This document shows positions 1 through 9,667 of a DNA stretch of 64,000 bases, in pieces; position 1 is the stretch's first letter, and each line of letters opens with the position of its first letter. A program made the position numbers and the translations under genes. The DNA lies in the sequence record EF437941, one strand, 5' to 3'. The notes under the pieces were generated by a model, which searched no databases, was not told the DNA's origin, and worked only from the letters and a program-made list of their open reading frames with translations. The DNA is from Escherichia phage Phi1.

Positions 1-2109
1 TTAAAATTTAACATTCTTAACCAGTTTCATAAAGTCTTGTGCGCGTTTGTCATTATGCAGAATACGATACCAGTTATCTACAATATCATACAGTAACGGG
101 CTATTCTCTTTAAACTTCGCACAAACTGCTTTAATTCGTTCGTTTGCTGCCGTGAATTTTTCGTCACAGATCTTTTTAGTTTCTTCGTCCATAATCCAAC
201 GAGTACGAAGGAGTAACTTGGAAACCTCTTTATTATAATGACGACCGTACAGTCTGTCAATAAATTCTGGAATACAGCGTTCTAATTCATCGTCATGAAA
301 CAACATAGTGATCACACCCAGATATTCGCCATACCCCAGATGATTGGTCTTAACCTTCTTAGCCAGACCAGCCAGCTTACCGCGAACAAATTCTAGCGCA
401 CATTCCAATTGTTCGTCAACGAGATATTTTTGTGTCTCGTTTCGAGTAATAATATACTTTGTTACCCCGAAGTAGTCAAGCGCCGTGTGTAATGTATTTT
501 CATTATAGATCGATTGACGGCTACGGCTTTCGAATGTATCACCCACGCGGAACATGTGCAAGCCGGATAACTCGCGAATCTCTGCCGCTTTCATGTGATG
601 GCTGGTTTTATGCCAACTGTCACCAATCTTTTCCATGATATACACGTTAGGCAGCTTAGGAGTCGCTTCACGTTGTGTACGCTCGGTCTTCTCCGGCTTA
701 ACTGCTTTAGCACGCAGATCATCGGCCTCGGACACTTTAATCACGGTCATTTCAGATTCATCATAATACTGTTTGATGTACTCGAAAGTCTCCATATGTT
801 TTTCGTTTTTCTGACGGAACACCAGTACCTTTTTATTGATGCCGTATTCCTGGACCATACCGTTAAGAGTCAGTGCACGCAGTTTCGGTTTATCGGTGTC
901 ATCAATAAGACACGTAATATCTTCTTTATGCATCCATACAAAATGCGTAATGTTGTATTGACTGCTAACGAAAGCAGGGCGCAATTTACTGATTGTGTGA
1001 CGAGTATGATACAGAGTATACACTTGACCTTCTACGTCATTTGGCGAATCTTTACCCGCATTCACAAACTTATTATAGATTGCTACCGGGTCGTCCCATT
1101 GTCCGATCTTACCCATCTTGCTAATAATATTGCGTTGCGTCGATGAATACTCGCTCATAAATTGAGCAAGTTTACGCTCTGTTTTAATGTTGGCGATCTT
1201 TTCTTTAACCTTTTCCAACATCATTTCATTGATTTCTGCAATGCGTTTTTCGATGTTAGCTTTAGTCTCAATTGACAAGTGAACTTCTTCACGCGATGGC
1301 ATCAGGTCCAGATCACCCAACTCAAAATTAATGTAAATGGTCTGGTGCTGGCGGTTTACAGCTTCTAACCATGTTCCGCGAACATATTCATACGGGATCG
1401 GATACTGGATCTTACCCATGATTGCATATACCACATACGCATCATTATCTCGACCATTACAAACATAATAATTATCAAAGCTAGGGAAATAATTAATTTC
1501 GATTGCGTTGATATTCGGTTTGTGTTCCCCAAAATGACGCAGTACAAACTGTGCTTCTCGATGCCATGTCTGAATGTCTTTTTCTTTCACCGGAATAGTG
1601 ATTTTCAGACCATTGTCTTCATAGGTCGGTTCGTCGAAAATCTGCACCATTTTCGGCATAGAGTTTTGCACGAATGCGGTAAAGCCATAAGCGCGACCAT
1701 TGTAGTAGTTTACGATTGTAAAGGTGTCGGTGTAGCTATAAGCAGATTTCGCACCCAAACCAAAAGATCCGATATAATCATTAGTTTGGTCTTTTGTTGA
1801 TTCAAAGTAAACCGTAAACAGTTGTTCTAATTCTTTCTTAGACGGAATACCAGTACCATAATCACGCACAGAAAAATACGGTTCGATTGCAGTCGGTAAA
1901 TGAATATCAAACGGACGATCTAAGGTTCCGGCTTCTTTGTGGGTGTCGGTAGCATTGCATGAATACTCACGGACGCAAGCACGCTCACAATATTGATAAG
2001 TGTTCTTAGAAAGCACCATAAAAGCCTTGCTACTTGCTTTCAGTGAAAAATCAACCGCACCGCTCAAGTCACTGCCAAATACTTCTTCATTATCAATATG
2101 CATTTTCAT
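1..2109 (-). CDS. rIIA: rIIA protein (membrane-associated; GHKL/HSP90-like ATPase fold in N-terminal half)
   Basis: 702-aa ORF; GTGIP and GSFGLGAKSAY ATPase-type motifs; GAGGA RBS before ATG; position next to topo II gene as in T4. Confidence 0.8.
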   Translation of the reverse strand: MKMHIDNEEVFGSDLSGAVDFSLKASSKAFMVLSKNTYQYCERACVREYSCNATDTHKEAGTLDRPFDIHLPTAIEPYFSVRDYGTGIPSKKELEQLFTVYFESTKDQTNDYIGSFGLGAKSAYSYTDTFTIVNYYNGRAYGFTAFVQNSMPKMVQIFDEPTYEDNGLKITIPVKEKDIQTWHREAQFVLRHFGEHKPNINAIEINYFPSFDNYYVCNGRDNDAYVVYAIMGKIQYPIPYEYVRGTWLEAVNRQHQTIYINFELGDLDLMPSREEVHLSIETKANIEKRIAEINEMMLEKVKEKIANIKTERKLAQFMSEYSSTQRNIISKMGKIGQWDDPVAIYNKFVNAGKDSPNDVEGQVYTLYHTRHTISKLRPAFVSSQYNITHFVWMHKEDITCLIDDTDKPKLRALTLNGMVQEYGINKKVLVFRQKNEKHMETFEYIKQYYDESEMTVIKVSEADDLRAKAVKPEKTERTQREATPKLPNVYIMEKIGDSWHKTSHHMKAAEIRELSGLHMFRVGDTFESRSRQSIYNENTLHTALDYFGVTKYIITRNETQKYLVDEQLECALEFVRGKLAGLAKKVKTNHLGYGEYLGVITMLFHDDELERCIPEFIDRLYGRHYNKEVSKLLLRTRWIMDEETKKICDEKFTAANERIKAVCAKFKENSPLLYDIVDNWYRILHNDKRAQDFMKLVKNVKF

Positions 2110-2123
2110 AATATAATCCTCAC

Positions 2124-2381
2124 TTAATTAAAATCTTCTTTGTCCATCTCTGCGTAGATTACATCCCACGCCCATAAATCAATAAACGCATTATATGTCA
2201 CGGTGCAATCGTTGTCAATCACTTCTTTCGCATATTTCTTGATGTTTTCGTAGGAAACTTGCGGATCAATTTTGTGTTTACGAAGGTGCGCATATTCATA
2301 CCTCAAACATTTCATAAACAGGTCCATCGATTTCTTTTCTCGATGGTACTTGGCGATCAGAAAATCAAAACTTCGACTCAT
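2124..2381 (-). CDS. hypothetical protein (rIIA.1 position)
   Basis: 85-aa ORF tightly packed downstream of rIIA neighbour genes; no recognisable motif. Confidence 0.5.
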   Translation of the reverse strand: MSRSFDFLIAKYHREKKSMDLFMKCLRYEYAHLRKHKIDPQVSYENIKKYAKEVIDNDCTVTYNAFIDLWAWDVIYAEMDKEDFN

Positions 2382-2392
2382 TTTCTACTCCC

Positions 2393-2587
2393 TTATACAT
2401 TTTCAATCACCCATTGCAGATGGGCTTCTGCGTCAACCAGTTCAGCGCGGCTTTTCTCTAAGAACTTGCTGTATTCTTTACGTTCCCAATCAGCAATTTC
2501 GTTTTTCAGGACTTCTTCATAGTAAGCAATTACGCCTTTCAGGTCTGAAACTTTACGGCTTGCCAGTTCGATGTAATGGTTACGCAT
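2393..2587 (-). CDS. hypothetical protein
   Basis: 64-aa ORF, start overlaps stop of upstream gene. Confidence 0.45.
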   Translation of the reverse strand: MRNHYIELASRKVSDLKGVIAYYEEVLKNEIADWERKEYSKFLEKSRAELVDAEAHLQWVIENV

Positions 2588-2774
2588 TTTGATTCTCCTT
2601 TGTTACTAGATAACGAATTTGGTCTTGCATTGCGATCAGTTCCCAGCGTGCTACTTTCATCATGGAAACTGACTCTTTGAACATAATATTAGCTTTTTCC
2701 TTCTCCCCTGTCAAGTAGATTTCTGCAATTTTTTCACAAAATTTTTGAGTTTCTTCATTCTTAAACGGTTTCAT
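2580..2774 (-). CDS. hypothetical protein
   Basis: ORF track start is TTG; first ATG (MKPFKNEE) chosen; promoter cassette immediately upstream. Confidence 0.45.
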   Translation of the reverse strand: MKPFKNEETQKFCEKIAEIYLTGEKEKANIMFKESVSMMKVARWELIAMQDQIRYLVTKENQNA

Positions 2775-2804
2775 ATAAGTCAACCTTTTGTTTTTGATGG
2801 GGAC

Positions 2805-2833
2805 ATTATGCTATATCCCCGATCCAGTGTCAA
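2805..2833 (-). promoter_or_regulatory. early sigma70-like promoter with stem-loop around -10 (PeSL-type)
   Basis: minus strand TTGACA-N17-CATAAT; GGGGATATAGCATAATGTCCCC hairpin. Confidence 0.5.
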
Positions 2834-2840
2834 TAACTTT

Positions 2841-3140
2841 TTAATCTTTTTTCAGTGCATCCATTACTCGCGCTGCGATCAGTTCTCGTAAGCACTGATA
2901 ACCATGATATTTGATGGCAATATCACGCAGGTCATTAACCAGTTCCCGTACTTCATGGTCTTTCAAATCGTCTCTGTATTTCGATTTAACCGTGTCTTTA
3001 GGTGGATTGCGGATAACCTGAAAACCTTGTTCTGCAATCACTGCGGCTTCTCGCTGGCGTTCATGCTGTACTGTATTTTTGATCAGGTCTACTTCCATGA
3101 ACTTTGCCATACTCATCATCATGTTATTCTTTTTGCTCAT
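2841..3140 (-). CDS. hypothetical protein
   Basis: ORF 2841..3221 trimmed to internal ATG (MSKKNN) because a promoter cassette occupies 3175..3202. Confidence 0.5.
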   Translation of the reverse strand: MSKKNNMMMSMAKFMEVDLIKNTVQHERQREAAVIAEQGFQVIRNPPKDTVKSKYRDDLKDHEVRELVNDLRDIAIKYHGYQCLRELIAARVMDALKKD

Positions 3141-3174
3141 TATTAAATCCTCATAAAAGAAAAGGGAGACTCCC

Positions 3175-3202
3175 ATTATAGAGAATCTCCCTTGTATGTC
3201 AA
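3175..3202 (-). promoter_or_regulatory. early promoter (PeSL-type)
   Basis: TTGACA ... TATAAT with GGGAG..CTCCC inverted repeat flanking -10. Confidence 0.5.
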
Positions 3203-3205
3203 GTG

Positions 3206-5029
3206 TTATGATTGCATCCAAATTTTGCGTTGATCTGCATCTTCACTATAGAGCAAATCGAATAGCTCTTTATAGTTTTCCGGCAACGTGATGATCTCCA
3301 TTACAGGATCGTTGATCACGCGATGATAATCTGATTCTGTAAGAGATGCTAACCCTTTGATATATCGAATGCTATAACCTTTGATATTATCTCGGTCGTT
3401 CTCAAAATCTTCTAGGTCATAATACCATCGAACATCATCACCTTTCTTTGGTTCCGCAATGATAATAGGTGTTTTGATAAACCGGATTCGACCATCTTCG
3501 AACAATTCAGGCCAACGTGCAAAGAAAGAGATCAGACTAGGTTTAATAGACCCGATCCCGTCAGTATCAGCGTCAGTCATAATCGCAATATTTTTGTATT
3601 GCATAACTTCCAATGCATCAACACCAAATTGCAAGCCAGTGATCGCCATGATGTTAAAAATTTCGGCGTTCTTAACGATCTTTGCCTCCGGTTGTTCCCA
3701 CGTTGTAAGAGTTTTGCCTCGCAACGGGAAACCGCCATGTAAATCTTGATCACGTACAGAGATCAGATAGTTGATCGCGGAATCACCTTCCGTCAAAAAC
3801 AGGGTAGTTTCTGCGTCAGTTCCAATAAGGTTAGCTTTAACGTGCTTTGCTACCTTAGCCCGTTTTGCTGCCTTTGCTGCCTTAGTCGCTGCCGCTTTAT
3901 CTGCTGCCTCTTTGCGTGCCAGGACTACAGCAATAATAGGCATAATAATGTTTTCTTTCTTCGCAATGACTTTAGCCAGCTTTTTAAAATCCAGATCAAT
4001 ATGACGCTTGATATCACCAGTTGGATTAGTCAAGCGTTCTTTTGTCTGTGAATCAAAACGAAGGTTAGGCAATTCACGAACAATCAAAATACAGGTCAAT
4101 CCAGACTTAACCGCAGCTTTAGTAACATCAACCTTATATTCTTTCTTGATTCGTTTTACAATCTCTTCACAAAGATCATCTGTCACGTAGTCTACGTGTG
4201 TTCCCCCGTTTTTGGTAAACAGACCATTAGCAAAGGATACTGATTTAAAACCTTCTCCCTCGACCGCAGGAACTAGGGCAAGTGAAAAGTTTTTATCTTC
4301 AATGACAAACGGATCATCATTGTATAGTTTAGCATAATCCTTGAACTTACTAACAATACGTTTACCATTAAACTTAAACGTGATCTTAGGAAAGATTACG
4401 CTCAATGATTGCAGACGATCATGAACAATATCTAAAACAGAGTTGTCCATCATATAACCTTCGAAGTGGTCGAAGTCTGGGCAAAATGTAACCTTTGTTC
4501 CCTTCAATTTTGATGGTTTTGATGACCATGTGATATTTTCAGCACCGTTTGTGCACTGTACGGTCATTTCTGTTTCGCCGTCACAAGTTACACCAGTAAA
4601 CCAATCGCTAAAGAAATTTGACAACGACGACCCCACACCGTTCATACCTTGCGTTAATCGATTGGTATCATCAAAGTTAGACCCTGCTTTTGTTCGTGTC
4701 CATGCGGCTACAGGTTGAGGAATCTGTGTACCCTCTGGGGTAGTAACCATATGTTGAGGAATACCGCGACCATTGTCTGTTACCGTAACAATATTGTTTT
4801 GGATATCGACGCTAATCACATTGGCAAATTCAAAATTAGTGCGGATCGCCTCGTCTACAGAGTTATCGATGATCTCATCAATGATTTTAACCAGTCCAGG
4901 AACATATGAAATTTTTGTCCATTTACCGAACAGGAAACGTTGATGTTCTTCGTAAGTTGTTGATCCTATATACATTCCTGCACGCTTAAGGACATGTTCA
5001 CGATCAGATAAAATGCGAAACTCACTCAT
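3206..5029 (-). CDS. 39: DNA topoisomerase II large subunit (gp39, 39/60 fused form; GyrB-like ATPase + Toprim)
   Basis: 607 aa; GHKL ATPase motifs (NGRGIP, GxxGxG), Toprim EGDSA and DxD motifs; size matches unsplit gp39 of T2-type phages. Confidence 0.9.
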   Translation of the reverse strand: MSEFRILSDREHVLKRAGMYIGSTTYEEHQRFLFGKWTKISYVPGLVKIIDEIIDNSVDEAIRTNFEFANVISVDIQNNIVTVTDNGRGIPQHMVTTPEGTQIPQPVAAWTRTKAGSNFDDTNRLTQGMNGVGSSLSNFFSDWFTGVTCDGETEMTVQCTNGAENITWSSKPSKLKGTKVTFCPDFDHFEGYMMDNSVLDIVHDRLQSLSVIFPKITFKFNGKRIVSKFKDYAKLYNDDPFVIEDKNFSLALVPAVEGEGFKSVSFANGLFTKNGGTHVDYVTDDLCEEIVKRIKKEYKVDVTKAAVKSGLTCILIVRELPNLRFDSQTKERLTNPTGDIKRHIDLDFKKLAKVIAKKENIIMPIIAVVLARKEAADKAAATKAAKAAKRAKVAKHVKANLIGTDAETTLFLTEGDSAINYLISVRDQDLHGGFPLRGKTLTTWEQPEAKIVKNAEIFNIMAITGLQFGVDALEVMQYKNIAIMTDADTDGIGSIKPSLISFFARWPELFEDGRIRFIKTPIIIAEPKKGDDVRWYYDLEDFENDRDNIKGYSIRYIKGLASLTESDYHRVINDPVMEIITLPENYKELFDLLYSEDADQRKIWMQS

Positions 5030-5132
5030 TATTAAACCTCTTCATAACATAACCATAACTTACTGCAACCGCCACAAAGACGGCTGCAACAATCATATTA
5101 AAAATTGAGTGATTGTCAAGTATATGACTCAT
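5022..5132 (-). CDS. small hydrophobic protein (36 aa)
   Basis: short ORF MSHILDNHSIFNMIVAAVFVAVAVSYGYVMKRFNNE; ATGA overlaps both neighbours; not in ORF track (<60 aa). Confidence 0.3.
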   Translation of the reverse strand: MSHILDNHSIFNMIVAAVFVAVAVSYGYVMKRFNNE

Positions 5133-5302
5133 GACACACGCACATTTTTATCGTAATACCCGCCATTAATCCCGCGCGGGGCAGTTAATCCCTGTTTGCA
5201 TTCTTTACCACATTCAGGACATTCTGCCTTTTCACGCTCGGAAATTTTGCGGATTTTCTGAAATTGACCATGTTCTTCACAAGAATAATCATATAATGGC
5301 AT
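5129..5302 (-). CDS. FmdB-family zinc-ribbon protein
   Basis: MPLYDYSCEEHG...CPECG: N-terminal MP-x-Y-x-Y-x-C and paired CxxC typical of FmdB zinc ribbon; internal ATG chosen. Confidence 0.6.
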   Translation of the reverse strand: MPLYDYSCEEHGQFQKIRKISEREKAECPECGKECKQGLTAPRGINGGYYDKNVRVS

Positions 5303-5303
5303 A

Positions 5304-5972
5304 TTATCCCCTTTGTTTCTTAACTGAATTTGGATCTGGATTTTCTGGCAAGTCTTCCAGACCCATAGCATAACGTTGTGCATAGATTAGCATAAGAATA
5401 TCGCGAGCGCAATCATGAATTGCATCATGCGCGATAAATCCGTCTAGCGTACCCATTGGTAACGGACACTCACACATCCCGCGATGCATCAATGTACGCT
5501 CAATGGCGGTACGAACATCTCGGATGTTCCAGAATCGCACAGGTTCAAGATTGAACGTCTCTCGTGTATTGTGTGCACGTCGAATCATATCAACTAGTAA
5601 TGGAATATCAAACGCATTACCGCGTGACCACATTACGGATTTAACCGGATCTACTCCTACGGATTCACAGAATGCGTTAAAACGCGCTAAACCTTCTTTA
5701 GTTGATACTTCCGTACCATTTGTGATTAATTGCTTTCTCATGCCTTCTGAGGCGGTATTCTTCCACCATTCAACCACACCATGATCAAACACCCTTACAC
5801 CTTTCTGGGAAGGAATATCAAATTTTACCAGAAAGGAATTGTCAACCAGTTCTTTAAATGTAGGTGGGTTGTGCGGATCTTCTTTAAATCCGATTGCTGC
5901 CATATTGATCACCGCCCCATCAGGCGGATAACCTAAACTTTCAAAGTCAATCATTAAATCCACAGGAAGCAT
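5304..5972 (-). CDS. dexA: exonuclease A (DexA, DnaQ-like 3'-5' exonuclease)
   Basis: DFESLG exo motif I, HDAIHDC motif III; close resemblance to T4 DexA as I remember it; internal ATG chosen. Confidence 0.85.
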   Translation of the reverse strand: MLPVDLMIDFESLGYPPDGAVINMAAIGFKEDPHNPPTFKELVDNSFLVKFDIPSQKGVRVFDHGVVEWWKNTASEGMRKQLITNGTEVSTKEGLARFNAFCESVGVDPVKSVMWSRGNAFDIPLLVDMIRRAHNTRETFNLEPVRFWNIRDVRTAIERTLMHRGMCECPLPMGTLDGFIAHDAIHDCARDILMLIYAQRYAMGLEDLPENPDPNSVKKQRG

Positions 5973-5973
5973 T

Positions 5974-6216
5974 TTAAATATCCTCCGCGATATGCCGGAA
6001 CAACTCCAGATCGTTTTTATCAAGAATGAAACCACTACAATCAATAATTCCTTTACCGTAATTATCGGTTAACAATCGGTCCGTTGCCATGTATGCGCGT
6101 ACTTTGTTGTTAAAATTCATTACATGTTGTGCATAGTCACAATGAATCTTTTGACGGTTCCACGCGACAATTGACTGTAGATGTATTACATTAGCCATAT
6201 CATTAATAACAACCAT
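5974..6216 (-). CDS. hypothetical protein
   Basis: 80-aa ORF; same TGA-T-ATG junction architecture as the two genes upstream. Confidence 0.45.
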   Translation of the reverse strand: MVVINDMANVIHLQSIVAWNRQKIHCDYAQHVMNFNNKVRAYMATDRLLTDNYGKGIIDCSGFILDKNDLELFRHIAEDI

Positions 6217-6446
6217 ATCAAAAACCTCGCTTAGTGAAATGTTCTGTCATTTTATTGATACATACATCTTGGTAGTCACGAGATTTTTTTGACGAATTAA
6301 GAGCTACAGCCAAAAAATCCTGTAACTGTTCGTTTGTCATTTTTGGCTTACAACGCGTATCTAAACTCTTCGTTCTTCTAGCTTCATTAGCCATATCAAA
6401 AACCTCGCTTAGTGAAATGCTCGATCATTTTATTGATACATGCAGC
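6213..6446. repeat. direct repeat pair (about 56 bp each, at 6213..6268 and 6391..6446)
   Basis: ccatatcaaaaacctcgcttagtgaaatg...cattttattgatacat repeated with few mismatches; covers 3' end of one small gene and start of next. Confidence 0.7.
6218..6394 (-). CDS. hypothetical small protein (paralog, C-terminal CINKMTEHFTKRGF)
   Basis: 58-aa ORF found by manual translation; shares C-terminal 14 aa with next gene. Confidence 0.45.
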   Translation of the reverse strand: MANEARRTKSLDTRCKPKMTNEQLQDFLAVALNSSKKSRDYQDVCINKMTEHFTKRGF

Positions 6447-6563
6447 TTCACTATCGCCGGACACGTTCCAGCCGTATAGACCCCATCTAAAGCACATGGT
6501 AACAGTTCCATTGTGACGGCTTACCGTCACATCATTAAATTCTGGGATACTTCGCATAATCAT
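6396..6563 (-). CDS. hypothetical small protein (paralog, C-terminal CINKMIEHFTKRGF)
   Basis: 55-aa ORF found by manual translation; GAGGA RBS. Confidence 0.45.
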   Translation of the reverse strand: MIMRSIPEFNDVTVSRHNGTVTMCFRWGLYGWNVSGDSEAACINKMIEHFTKRGF

Positions 6564-6573
6564 AATAATTTCC

Positions 6574-7965
6574 TCAAATATAGTCTACTCGATACCGCGC
6601 ACGGGTAACACCCACATATAATAACTGCATTGCCAATTCGAAGTCAACATTGTCTGTACACATGCAAGGAGTATACAGGAACACGCGGTCTACGCTGATC
6701 CCTTGTGACTTATGAATGGTGCAAGCTGGTAATGCTTTTACATTCAAGAACATACGTTTCATAGTCCAGAAAGAGTCCCAATCTGGTTTAAATTTTGGAT
6801 TCTCTTTCTTCATTTCGCGATATTGTCCGGCGACCGTATTCAGATAGATAGAGAAAATGTTCTTCTGACGTTGTTCTGTCAGAATGTTGATTTCTACCAA
6901 ATCCGGTTTATCTGTAGTGATTCCGACTGCATCTAAACCGACTTTCTGATTTAGGATTTCTTTGTCTTCGTCATCATCGACGCTTTCCACTTTCAGAGTA
7001 TAGCCTAAAACTGGTTGCGGGTCTACTCCCGTGCAACGTAATGTAAATTCACGCGGGATGACCTCTTTAACTCGGATCATCTCACCATTGTTAAAAATGA
7101 CATTGGGAATCTTCTTCCCGCGTTCATCTCGCAGATATTCGATCAACGGTTCCTGAGTAACCAGAATTTCATCTACAATCACTGGTTCATCGGTGTTATA
7201 AACGCGCTTGCGCACAATTTCATTGAGTTTTTCGACGCTCTTGTTAGTGTAAGCCAGAATACGGTTTTCTAGAAGGTCTTCCGGCGTTTTAACGGTTTCG
7301 AAATAATGTTTCATAAACTCCGGCAGAGTTGAGCTATGGAATACACCCTCGTTACCGCACTGCTTTTCGAATACCCATTTACCGTTACGGACAGCGGTCG
7401 CCACATCAATGATCGGTGCATTAGATCGTTTAATTTCTGTCAACTCCACGTTTTGAAAATTTTCATCCGTGAAGAAAGGAGAAATTGACGTTGCACCGCT
7501 CGGATCAACTGGTCGTAACTGGTGCGGATCGCCCACGGCAATAATAACAATTCGACCGTTGATACTCTTCATGAGAATATCAAATAACTTCTTATCGACC
7601 ATACTCGCTTCATCAACAATGATGATCTGAACATCATCTAGTTTAGGAGTATCTTTTTGTTCAAATACTTGAGTATCTTCATAGTTGGTCGGGTTAAGAC
7701 GCAATAAAGCATGTAAAGTAAATGCTTGACGACCTACCGCTTTACTCAAAACCTTTTTAGCCTGGTGGGTAGGCGTTGCCAAAACCACACCAGTTACACC
7801 ACGGCGGACCATTTCCTGAACAATGAATTTCATCATTGCGGTTTTACCAGTACCCGCCGCACCCCGGACAGTTGTATGCTTCTTTTGTTCAATGCGTTTC
7901 ATTAGAACATCAAAAGCATGTTTTTGCCCGTCTGTCAACATATCGAAAGTTAATACTCTGCTCAT
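6574..7965 (-). CDS. dda: Dda DNA helicase (SF1)
   Basis: 463 aa; Walker A GAAGTGKT, DEASM Walker B; strong similarity along length to T4 Dda as remembered. Confidence 0.9.
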   Translation of the reverse strand: MSRVLTFDMLTDGQKHAFDVLMKRIEQKKHTTVRGAAGTGKTAMMKFIVQEMVRRGVTGVVLATPTHQAKKVLSKAVGRQAFTLHALLRLNPTNYEDTQVFEQKDTPKLDDVQIIIVDEASMVDKKLFDILMKSINGRIVIIAVGDPHQLRPVDPSGATSISPFFTDENFQNVELTEIKRSNAPIIDVATAVRNGKWVFEKQCGNEGVFHSSTLPEFMKHYFETVKTPEDLLENRILAYTNKSVEKLNEIVRKRVYNTDEPVIVDEILVTQEPLIEYLRDERGKKIPNVIFNNGEMIRVKEVIPREFTLRCTGVDPQPVLGYTLKVESVDDDEDKEILNQKVGLDAVGITTDKPDLVEINILTEQRQKNIFSIYLNTVAGQYREMKKENPKFKPDWDSFWTMKRMFLNVKALPACTIHKSQGISVDRVFLYTPCMCTDNVDFELAMQLLYVGVTRARYRVDYI

Positions 7966-8279
7966 TATCCTAAAATCCTCACCTTGCGAACACAGATAGT
8001 ATTGAGTTCTCGCCGTACCCGTTCTTTTTCATATTCCGGAATTTTATATTCGATACCATCCCGAACAATGTCAGAGGACCGGATTATACCAAATTTCCTT
8101 TTGGGCACAACCTTGTATTTCGGTTCACCTGCTAATAGACTCTCACGATAATCTATCTGATCACACATTGACGCTAACGCAGCATCATGTGTTTCGCAAG
8201 TTAGGACGCGACCCTTCGCGTCCACTGAGTATTGAAAGAATCCGTCTTTATCACGATAACATACAGCAAATACATGCAT
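7965..8279 (-). CDS. hypothetical protein (dda.1 position)
   Basis: 104-aa ORF, stop overlaps dda start (TAATG). Confidence 0.5.
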   Translation of the reverse strand: MHVFAVCYRDKDGFFQYSVDAKGRVLTCETHDAALASMCDQIDYRESLLAGEPKYKVVPKRKFGIIRSSDIVRDGIEYKIPEYEKERVRRELNTICVRKVRILG

Positions 8280-9034
8280 TATAAACCTACCTTCGCTTTC
8301 ATCAATTCAATCCACGACGCATCAATCGGAAGCCCGTATTTCACGCGTTCTTTTTGTGCTGGCGTTAAGTTCTCATACTTAGAAAGAGATTCAATCAAAA
8401 CGCTGGTATATTTTAGCACGATTTCGGTATTGTTTGCAATAGCCTTAAGTTTTTCTTCTTTCTTGTTGATTTCGCTAAGTGCTTGCTTGAGATCTGCAAT
8501 TTTCTGATAACGTTCTTCCATACGGAAGAGAGTATTTTTAATCGCTCGCTCGGCTGCCTCTGCTTTCTCCGGTTCGTTGTGCTTTTTGTGGCGCTCGATT
8601 GCTAATTTCTTTTCTTCGATTGCCAGTTCCTGATTTTTGATGCGATTCTCGTTAAGTTCGATCCACTCGATGTACTTCGCACGTAGGGCAATTTCATCAT
8701 CAGAAAGTTTACCGTTAGTTCCTAGTTCCTGGATCTCTTTAAGAGATTCGATAGTGTGATTGCCACGGAAAGAATTATATTTCAGTTTAACCGGAATTAC
8801 ATTGCCATCAACATATCCCAGATTGCAATCAATGCGCTCTAAGGAGAGTCCGTCATCACCTTCACCGAAAGCCTCACCCGAATAGGCGCAACGAGTCTGA
8901 CGGTAAATGTTGCGCACAGTGACTAAGCTCATAGAGAAGTCTTTGTTGCGACGTGAAGCGCCAGCCATGATAGAGTTCAGACGGAAAACAACCAGCGCCA
9001 ATTCTTCGTTAGATTTAAAAGCAAATAGTTTCAT
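8279..9034 (-). CDS. hypothetical protein at srd position (possible Srd-like)
   Basis: 251 aa, coiled-coil C-terminal half; assignment positional only. Confidence 0.5.
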   Translation of the reverse strand: MKLFAFKSNEELALVVFRLNSIMAGASRRNKDFSMSLVTVRNIYRQTRCAYSGEAFGEGDDGLSLERIDCNLGYVDGNVIPVKLKYNSFRGNHTIESLKEIQELGTNGKLSDDEIALRAKYIEWIELNENRIKNQELAIEEKKLAIERHKKHNEPEKAEAAERAIKNTLFRMEERYQKIADLKQALSEINKKEEKLKAIANNTEIVLKYTSVLIESLSKYENLTPAQKERVKYGLPIDASWIELMKAKVGL

Positions 9035-9063
9035 AATTGATTCTCCTTAGTTGGTATGTGTGT

Positions 9064-9092
9064 ATTATTGTCTATCTGGTTTGTGTTGTCAA
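9064..9092 (-). promoter_or_regulatory. early promoter
   Basis: TTGACA-N17-AATAAT followed by GGAGAATCAA RBS. Confidence 0.45.
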
Positions 9093-9095
9093 CAC

Positions 9096-9599
9096 TTAAA
9101 TTAAAGAAAATTTGTAAATCTCTATCAGATCGCCGTTACACGCGTAAACTTCCTCGATCTCATCAAGGATCATGGTCGTCCCTGTCTTGTATATGCACTC
9201 GCGCTCATCTGCCAACATAGCATACAAAGACAGTCGAGTAGTCGGATTGTCATACTCTTTAGACACCACTCGGTCAATAGCATGTTCGTAATAATTCATG
9301 CAAGGCTTGGTGGGTTTTATCGCAATAATCTTTCCTGTTGCATAAACATCGGTTGCAAAGTCCTCGGCTGTTGATTGCAGTGGCGTAAAGCTCATAGGAC
9401 GCTCTACAACGAAAGAATCACCTACAATTAAGGTATCCAACTTACGGCCTTCTCTTTTGCTCACACCGCGATACAAGGCTTCATGATGCACTAACCGTTC
9501 AGTCTTTTCGATCAATCCATTAAGGATCGACATATCGATATTTTCTTTAGAGTTCATCACTTCATCAATGATATTAAGTTCTTCTGGTGTAAATTGCAT
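9096..9599 (-). CDS. ADP-ribosyltransferase, ModA/ModB-like
   Basis: candidate R-S-ExE triad (YRG ... SFT ... ERE) in order; position between srd-like gene and gene 56 as modA/modB in T4; internal ATG with GGAGG RBS. Confidence 0.5.
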   Translation of the reverse strand: MQFTPEELNIIDEVMNSKENIDMSILNGLIEKTERLVHHEALYRGVSKREGRKLDTLIVGDSFVVERPMSFTPLQSTAEDFATDVYATGKIIAIKPTKPCMNYYEHAIDRVVSKEYDNPTTRLSLYAMLADERECIYKTGTTMILDEIEEVYACNGDLIEIYKFSLI

Positions 9600-9667
9600 A
9601 ATAAAAAGCCTCCAATCTTTCGACGGGAGGCATAATAAAACCATTATAGATTAGTGTCAACTAATTT

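Noticed and set aside
595-1146. Plus-strand 183-aa ORF inside rIIA
   Set aside because: Antisense to a well-supported gene, no RBS; typical shadow ORF. The same reasoning applies to most other plus-strand ORFs in the track (e.g. 47..238, 3459..4051, 11464..11820, 27036..27548, 42045..42596)
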